Of a stretch of 64,000 bases of DNA, positions 58,535-64,000 are shown in pieces. The DNA is from Candidatus Poribacteria bacterium (lineage in GTDB: Bacteria > Poribacteria > WGA-4E > WGA-3G): the NCBI GenBank assembly GCA_965205025.1, contig CBDBFU010000015.1, positions 160,001-224,000 of the forward strand, read 5' to 3'. Below the pieces are notes generated by a model, which was not told where the DNA came from, did not search any database, and worked only from the letters and a program-made list of their open reading frames with translations. A program made the position numbers and the translations under genes. Every line of letters starts with the position of its first letter. Positions within the stretch are counted from its first letter, which is position 1.

Positions 58535-59131
58535 CTAACCGATCTCGCCGTATCCTTGTCTTTCCAGAATATCTTTTAATAGTTCCTTTGCTTTGTGCAA
58601 TCTCCATTTAACAGTTGTTAGGGGTAGTGATAAGAATTCAGCTATTCTCTTCTGTGGCATATCTACCCAATAATAGAGTTTAACCACCTCCTGAAATTCT
58701 TCTGGTAACGACATAATACATTTTCTCACTCCCTCATGTATTGACTGTTGTAGGATAAGTCTTGCTGGATCCGAAGAATCTGGGTTAGCCTCAACTCTCA
58801 ATTCATCATCTATATCTTCATGATATTGAAAACGACTTGCCTTTTTCGTGTAACGTAATGCGCGGTGCCGTGTAATCGAATAGAGCCAAGAACCGAAGCG
58901 ATTTAGATTTTCCAGCTGGGTTAGAGATTCAAAAGCCAAAATAAAAGCATCTTGTACGATATCTTCTGCTTCTATCGGATCACGTACGATCTGCTGTGCC
59001 ACAATCAACATTGCTTTCTGATATCTAAGAACTAATTCATCAAATGCTTGGAGATTACCCGAAAGCACAGCAATTATCAGTTCTGCATCTTCAAGGTCTT
59101 TTAATTCATCTGTGCTCATACGAAACTCCAA
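58535..59131 (-). CDS. ECF (sigma-70 group 4) RNA polymerase sigma factor
   Basis: AFDELVLRY, AEDIVQDAF, FGSWLYSI, LPEEFQEV..IAEFL..TVKWRLHKA. Confidence 0.95.
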   Translation of the reverse strand: MEFRMSTDELKDLEDAELIIAVLSGNLQAFDELVLRYQKAMLIVAQQIVRDPIEAEDIVQDAFILAFESLTQLENLNRFGSWLYSITRHRALRYTKKASRFQYHEDIDDELRVEANPDSSDPARLILQQSIHEGVRKCIMSLPEEFQEVVKLYYWVDMPQKRIAEFLSLPLTTVKWRLHKAKELLKDILERQGYGEIG

Positions 59132-59204
59132 TTCTGATTAAATAGATACATCAACGATGAAAAGGATAGATTAATTTATTTGTACTAACGCACACAAATA
59201 CCCG

Positions 59205-59524
59205 TAGACGTCAATTTCGGTATTTAACTCTTTATAGAATGGATTTCGAACCCCGATCTTCTCATCTTCTGTAGGAGAGAATTCCAATTCCCGACTCTTC
59301 TGTATAGGGATTCCGATACCCCGATCCCTCAAGATCCTATTCCCAACCCTTGATCTAAAAACATTCCGTCCCTACAGGACTCAGGATAAGTGGGGAATCG
59401 TTTTGTTATAAACATTCCGTCCCTACAGGACTCCATTTAGTGTTTGATAACTTGTTATGCTAATACAATGGTAGGTGGTTTGAAGACATATCCAATCAAG
59501 AAATAGATTCTAAAATTGACGTTA
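59205..59524. mobile_element. IR-bounded element carrying REP-like repeats
   Basis: Ends TAGACGTCAATTT (59205)/AAATTGACGTTA (59513); exact 24-bp repeat AAACATTCCGTCCCTACAGGACTC at 59359-59382 and 59410-59433; several (A/T)CCC(C)GA short repeats at 59248-59350. Confidence 0.6.
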
Positions 59525-59621
59525 ATGATTCCCGGGGAACTGCACTTACCGGGTTTATAAGATCAAATCATTGGAAAAATGAAGTACATATTTCTATTAT
59601 CAAACTCACGTTTATATAATG

Positions 59622-59655
59622 AAACAGGATTTACAATAATCTGTAAATCCTGTTT
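59622..59655. terminator. Intrinsic terminator-like hairpin downstream of the EamA-like gene
   Basis: Perfect 14-bp stem AAACAGGATTTACA/TGTAAATCCTGTTT with a 6-nt loop. Confidence 0.7.
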
Positions 59656-59765
59656 ATATTTAATCATCTATATTGAATTCATTGATGATCTATTATGTCA
59701 TACAACTTAGAGATAATGTGTTATTTAATTCGGAGTGAGGACATATTATACAAAGTATACATCAA

Positions 59766-60242
59766 TTAAGAACCAGGTTTAAAGAATGTAACTAAACATC
59801 CTCCAAGGGCTGCCAACAGAATACCGAGAACAAATTGCCACCGAATAGCGCCCCACCCACCTTCTGGTGGATGTGATAGTGTGGCTACAATTGCATTTAC
59901 AATTGGTGCCCCCGCAAATACGATGGACATCACAACTGCAGGCTTCCCTTTAGCACCAAATGCGAGTAATACACCGAAAGCACCAACCGCACCAACGACT
60001 CCTGCGATAAATGACCATGTAACACCTTTTCCAGAAAATGACCACGTTGCTCCGCTCTGCCACAACATAATTAATGATCCTACTACGGCTACTAATAAAT
60101 AGGCAAGACCAACGAAAAGGAAGGCTTTGAATCCCGCACCTGTTTCTTCACCCATTGATATTTTACCTTTATGTAGAAAAACGCCATAAAGTCCCCATGA
60201 TGCAACTGTCATGATTACAAAAATTAACCATGTTCTTGTCAT
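59766..60242 (-). CDS. 5-TM DMT/EamA-like membrane protein
   Basis: Hydrophobic helices; WGLYG, AGVVGAVG, VMSIVFAGAPIVNA; GGAGG RBS. Confidence 0.75.
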   Translation of the reverse strand: MTRTWLIFVIMTVASWGLYGVFLHKGKISMGEETGAGFKAFLFVGLAYLLVAVVGSLIMLWQSGATWSFSGKGVTWSFIAGVVGAVGAFGVLLAFGAKGKPAVVMSIVFAGAPIVNAIVATLSHPPEGGWGAIRWQFVLGILLAALGGCLVTFFKPGS

Positions 60243-60328
60243 TATCTATCACCTCCATTAATTGAATGACATCAATTAGATATTTGAAATTAATATGAAA
60301 ATCCACACAAGTCATTGCCTGTAAATTT

Positions 60329-61618
60329 CTAAATATATTTTTGGAAGACATCCATTAACTGCTGTGCGATGACTCCGTCATTAAACTTTTCATGTACATT
60401 CCTTTTTCCATCAATTCCTAACTGCTTTCTTTTAACAGGATCACGGAAGAGTTGTAGAATACCTTCAGCCAGTGCATCAGAAGAATCAGGTTCGACTAAG
60501 ATTCCTCCATGTGTAGCTTTTATCATCTCAGGAAACGATCCGTGCTGAGGTTGAACAACTGGCACTCCATTTGCTAGTGCTTCTAAGATAGATAAACCTT
60601 TTGATTCACGATATACAGTTGGTACAGAGAAAATATGCAAACGGTTAAAAAACTCAATCTTTTCTGTTCTATTCACTTCCCCAAAATGCACAAATCTCTC
60701 CCGTAACCCCCAAGAATTTATCTGATTCACTAATTCTTCAAAATAGGGTTCATCTTTTTTTCCCAGATATCCAGCGACATGTAACTCAACTGTATCGGAT
60801 CCAATTTCTTTTGTGAGTGTATAGAATGCATTGACCAAATGGTGTAACCCTTTTTCTGGACAGATACGAGCTAAATATCCGATAACAAGGGGTGGAGGAG
60901 CAGTTTTCTCATTAACCATGCCGTGTCCATCCAAATTCACACCTAAAGGAACAACATCAACCATATTGGTTGGAACTTTTAAGTATTCTTCAGCCATAAA
61001 TTCTGCATAATAGTAGCAGGGTGCAACAAATCCATCTGCATCTTTGGCTCGTTCAGCGAGGATTGCCAACGCCATATCCTTGTAAGGATCAATTAAATCT
61101 CTAAGAAAGATGTCTTCCCCTTGTAGAGCACAGACTACAGGTACATCTAATGCATTCTTAATTTCCCTGGTCATACCTACAAGCATAGAATTGGTCAGAT
61201 AAACGATATCCGGTTTGTCATTTTCTTTGAGCCATTTGACTAATTTATCCAATTCTTTCTTCTGTTTTCCATTTTCTGCTTTGAGCATAGACACCGTCAA
61301 CTTACCTAAGTCTCGTGCATCCGTAGAAGCACTAAACCGTCCTAAGCTGTTTAACAGTGATGGATTGTCAAGAATCCTATCAAATATCCATGGTGTATAA
61401 CGAAAGATGGCTAATTTTTGCTGTAGATATACATTAATTCCTCCATAGAAAATACGATTCATACTCACATTCTCTTCATCTGTTCGAGTTGGAGTATATG
61501 TTGGAATTAATGAAACGTCATGTCCCTGCTTTTTAAGAACATTTGCCACAGTATTGTCATGTATACAAGTACCACAGTACATACCTGCTGCACCTGCGGT
61601 AATATAAGCAACTTTCAT
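60329..61618 (-). CDS. Glycosyltransferase family 4
   Basis: IGYLARICPEKG, YRESKGLSILEALANGVPVV. Confidence 0.92.
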   Translation of the reverse strand: MKVAYITAGAAGMYCGTCIHDNTVANVLKKQGHDVSLIPTYTPTRTDEENVSMNRIFYGGINVYLQQKLAIFRYTPWIFDRILDNPSLLNSLGRFSASTDARDLGKLTVSMLKAENGKQKKELDKLVKWLKENDKPDIVYLTNSMLVGMTREIKNALDVPVVCALQGEDIFLRDLIDPYKDMALAILAERAKDADGFVAPCYYYAEFMAEEYLKVPTNMVDVVPLGVNLDGHGMVNEKTAPPPLVIGYLARICPEKGLHHLVNAFYTLTKEIGSDTVELHVAGYLGKKDEPYFEELVNQINSWGLRERFVHFGEVNRTEKIEFFNRLHIFSVPTVYRESKGLSILEALANGVPVVQPQHGSFPEMIKATHGGILVEPDSSDALAEGILQLFRDPVKRKQLGIDGKRNVHEKFNDGVIAQQLMDVFQKYI

Positions 61619-61655
61619 AAACTTTTCTCACCAATGATGGAATAGCATCTATTGG

Positions 61656-63134
61656 CTATGTATCGTCAACCTTTCCCATAGTAATAAATTTGTTTACTGT
61701 CTCTAAAGATGGAGGTTTCGTTATTACAGACACGAAGACCAAAGTCAGAGAAGATACTACTATGATTAGGGCTACAGGCATGATACCAGTTCCTCCGATT
61801 GTGTATCCGGGTGTCTTCCAGAAACTAAGAAAAAAATAAAGCCATAGTAAAATTACAACTATAATTGCAGTATAAACACCCGATTTTGTACTACGTTTCC
61901 AAAATAATGCAGCGACTACAATTGGAAATAAGCCAGAAAAACCGGTAAAGGACCAGATAGCCAGTTTAAATATACTTGGTGTAGCTATAAGCGAAATAAT
62001 ATATGTAATGCTAATGATAAATATAACAAATAACCGCCCAAGCCACACCTGCTGATATTCAGACATCTGTTCCTGTCCTTTTGTTCGAAGATAAGGACGG
62101 ACGATGTCGTGGGTAAACATACTACCGAGAGATAGTGATTGTGAATCAAGAGACGACATAATTGCAGCAAAAACACCTGCCGCTAAAAAACCTGATAGTA
62201 TACCTGGAGCATACTGACGAATCATAAGAATCAATACATCGTTAGCTGCAGGTCCCTTTAATCCACCAAAGTCAATATTACCTAAAATACCCAATAGGAC
62301 ACTTGGAATCCATACTATAGCAATACAGATCGGGTATAGGATAATTGGATAACGAAATGTACCAACATTTTTCGCTGTTAAACAATGTGAAAAGATGTGT
62401 GGAAACATGCCAACTGATAACGGGATGCATGTATAGGTTAATAACTCTAAAGGTTTAATATTTCCTTCTTGCATTAATAGGTTGGAATCAATAGTTTTTA
62501 AGGCATTTGAAAACCCACCCATGCCTTTCATAATGACGATAAACGTTAATGCACCGAGTGTCATGAAAACCAGAGTTTGGAATGTGTTTACCCATGCAGT
62601 TCCGCGCATTCCACTATATGTAACATAACAAAGAACGACTGCACATATGAGTAGTCCTCCTAACCATTGCGGTATAGTGTTTTCTGTGATAGTGGATAGA
62701 GTACGTCCACCCCCTACTACTCCAATAAGTAGATAAGGTATTAAAAGCAAGACAAGAACTGTAAACAACAGTAAACCCAATCCGTTTGATTCCCATCTGT
62801 CACGGAAGAATTGTACTTGTGTTATATACCCAAATTGTTTCCCTATTTTCCATAGACGTGTGCCAATAAATAGAAAAACACAAGGCACAATAATAGCGGA
62901 AGATGATGCCATTAACGCGAATACACCGATTCCTCTATGATATGCTTCTCCTGATGCTCCCAATATTGAAAAAGCAGTCATGTTTGTACCAAACAATGAC
63001 ATCAATAACATGAACCAATTTATGTTTCGACTTGCAACAAAATAGTCTTCTCCAGTCTTTCTGAAGAACTTATGGCTTATGATCCCTAAGCTAAGTACTA
63101 AAGCAAGATATATAAATATGATAGCCAGGATCAT
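61656..63134 (-). CDS. Sodium:solute symporter family protein
   Basis: EDYFVASR, TNMTAF, GMRGTAW, AAIMSSLDSQ. Confidence 0.93.
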   Translation of the reverse strand: MILAIIFIYLALVLSLGIISHKFFRKTGEDYFVASRNINWFMLLMSLFGTNMTAFSILGASGEAYHRGIGVFALMASSSAIIVPCVFLFIGTRLWKIGKQFGYITQVQFFRDRWESNGLGLLLFTVLVLLLIPYLLIGVVGGGRTLSTITENTIPQWLGGLLICAVVLCYVTYSGMRGTAWVNTFQTLVFMTLGALTFIVIMKGMGGFSNALKTIDSNLLMQEGNIKPLELLTYTCIPLSVGMFPHIFSHCLTAKNVGTFRYPIILYPICIAIVWIPSVLLGILGNIDFGGLKGPAANDVLILMIRQYAPGILSGFLAAGVFAAIMSSLDSQSLSLGSMFTHDIVRPYLRTKGQEQMSEYQQVWLGRLFVIFIISITYIISLIATPSIFKLAIWSFTGFSGLFPIVVAALFWKRSTKSGVYTAIIVVILLWLYFFLSFWKTPGYTIGGTGIMPVALIIVVSSLTLVFVSVITKPPSLETVNKFITMGKVDDT

Positions 63135-63328
63135 TTGTCACTCCAAGCATATTTAACTATAAAAAACATAAGTAAAGATGTACCGAGACAAAACAGTATA
63201 TGGTAAAGTAGACCGACAGGTAATCCTAAGACAATCTGGGGAGACTTCCAGAACCAAAAATCGTTATGAAAAAATAAGAATAGTATTATTAAGCTATATA
63301 GAATCCATTTAAATGTATTCTTCATCAT
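63131..63328 (-). CDS. DUF3311 small membrane protein (SSS-associated)
   Basis: MMKNTFKW...FHNDFWFW...LGLPVGLLYHI; overlaps the symporter start; AGGAG RBS. Confidence 0.8.
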   Translation of the reverse strand: MMKNTFKWILYSLIILFLFFHNDFWFWKSPQIVLGLPVGLLYHILFCLGTSLLMFFIVKYAWSDK

Positions 63329-64000
63329 ATCTCCTCTCCTTACTTCTATTATAATAAATGATTCCAGCACTTGCAAGTATTGCAATAGCATGAATCCAAA
63401 TTACACTCAATTCTGTCGGTATAAAAAATAGAAATATAGCTGATATCAACAGAATAGCACGTTCCCATAGCGAAAATTTGGTATATACATATCCGGATAT
63501 AGAAGCTGCGAAAATAATTGTTCCCAACAATGTTAATAAGAGATTGATTGACACAACCCATATTTCAGGATTGCCACCATCAGAATTTAACCAAAGTAAT
63601 TCTGGTCGGAGGACAAAAGCATAGGGAAGTGCAAAACCAACGATTGCAAAACGAAAAGCAGCTAAAGCTGTTTTCATAATACCTGCATCCGCAATAGCAG
63701 CAGCAGTGTAGGCAGCTAAAGCAACAGGAGGAGTCACCATTGACATCATACCAAAATAGAATATGAAAAAATGTGCAGCCAAAGGTACGACCCCTAAATC
63801 AACAAGTACAGGACCAAGTAGAATAGCCATCAAGAGGTAACACACAGATGATGGTAAGCCCATACCTAATATAATGGTTGATACCATAAGTAGTAATAAC
63901 GCTAAAATTAGATTGGTTTGAGCTAAAGGGAATATAGCTGCGGGTAATTTTGAACCGACACCCGTTAGTGTGACGACACCTAAGATAATCCCCACACACG
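63309..64000 (-). CDS. TRAP transporter fused permease (4TM/12TM), C-terminal part
   Basis: ILGMGLP, AAHFFIFYFG, VTPPVALAAYTAAAIA; open at the window end. Confidence 0.92.
   Translation of the reverse strand, partial: CVGIILGVVTLTGVGSKLPAAIFPLAQTNLILALLLLMVSTIILGMGLPSSVCYLLMAILLGPVLVDLGVVPLAAHFFIFYFGMMSMVTPPVALAAYTAAAIADAGIMKTALAAFRFAIVGFALPYAFVLRPELLWLNSDGGNPEIWVVSINLLLTLLGTIIFAASISGYVYTKFSLWERAILLISAIFLFFIPTELSVIWIHAIAILASAGIIYYNRSKERRYDEEYI

Noticed and set aside
59359-59433. 24-bp direct repeat pair (and the 20-bp pair at 11310-11379) as CRISPR
   Set aside because: Only two copies each, with no GAAAC/G-type end, and embedded in IR-bounded elements; REP-like is a better fit.

Overview
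This is a low-GC bacterial window. Its protein architectures strongly suggest Candidatus Poribacteria, a sponge symbiont (inference): dockerin/cohesin modules, the NYPNPFNPETWIPY...TRKMLI and LTTTWGSIK C-terminal motifs, and expanded LRR, WD40, TPR, ankyrin and PhyH families. It holds about 50 CDS, mostly on the minus strand, and no rRNA, tRNA or cas genes were recognised. Highlights: (1) a secreted dockerin-cytochrome c-copper (PHM/DBH-type) monooxygenase fusion near a 2155-aa dihaem/LRR/cohesin/dockerin protein; (2) a co-oriented 40.5-51 kb cluster of paralog pairs (two Rieske-helical proteins, two ankyrin proteins, two stand-alone PolX N-terminal HhH proteins lacking the lyase lysines, two MORN-zinc ribbon proteins) plus a WD40 protein and a trypsin-TPR lipoprotein, with the MORN/protease cassette duplicated at 32.6-34.7 kb; (3) tandem-duplicated trypsin-TPR-trypsin-TPR lipoproteins whose first protease domain lacks the catalytic Asp; (4) an IS630 element inserted at a TA site in a membrane glycosyltransferase; (5) an orphan two-repeat CRISPR remnant interrupted by a stem-loop element; (6) many short inverted-repeat-bounded intergenic elements carrying REP-like hairpins; (7) several frameshifted or decayed genes.
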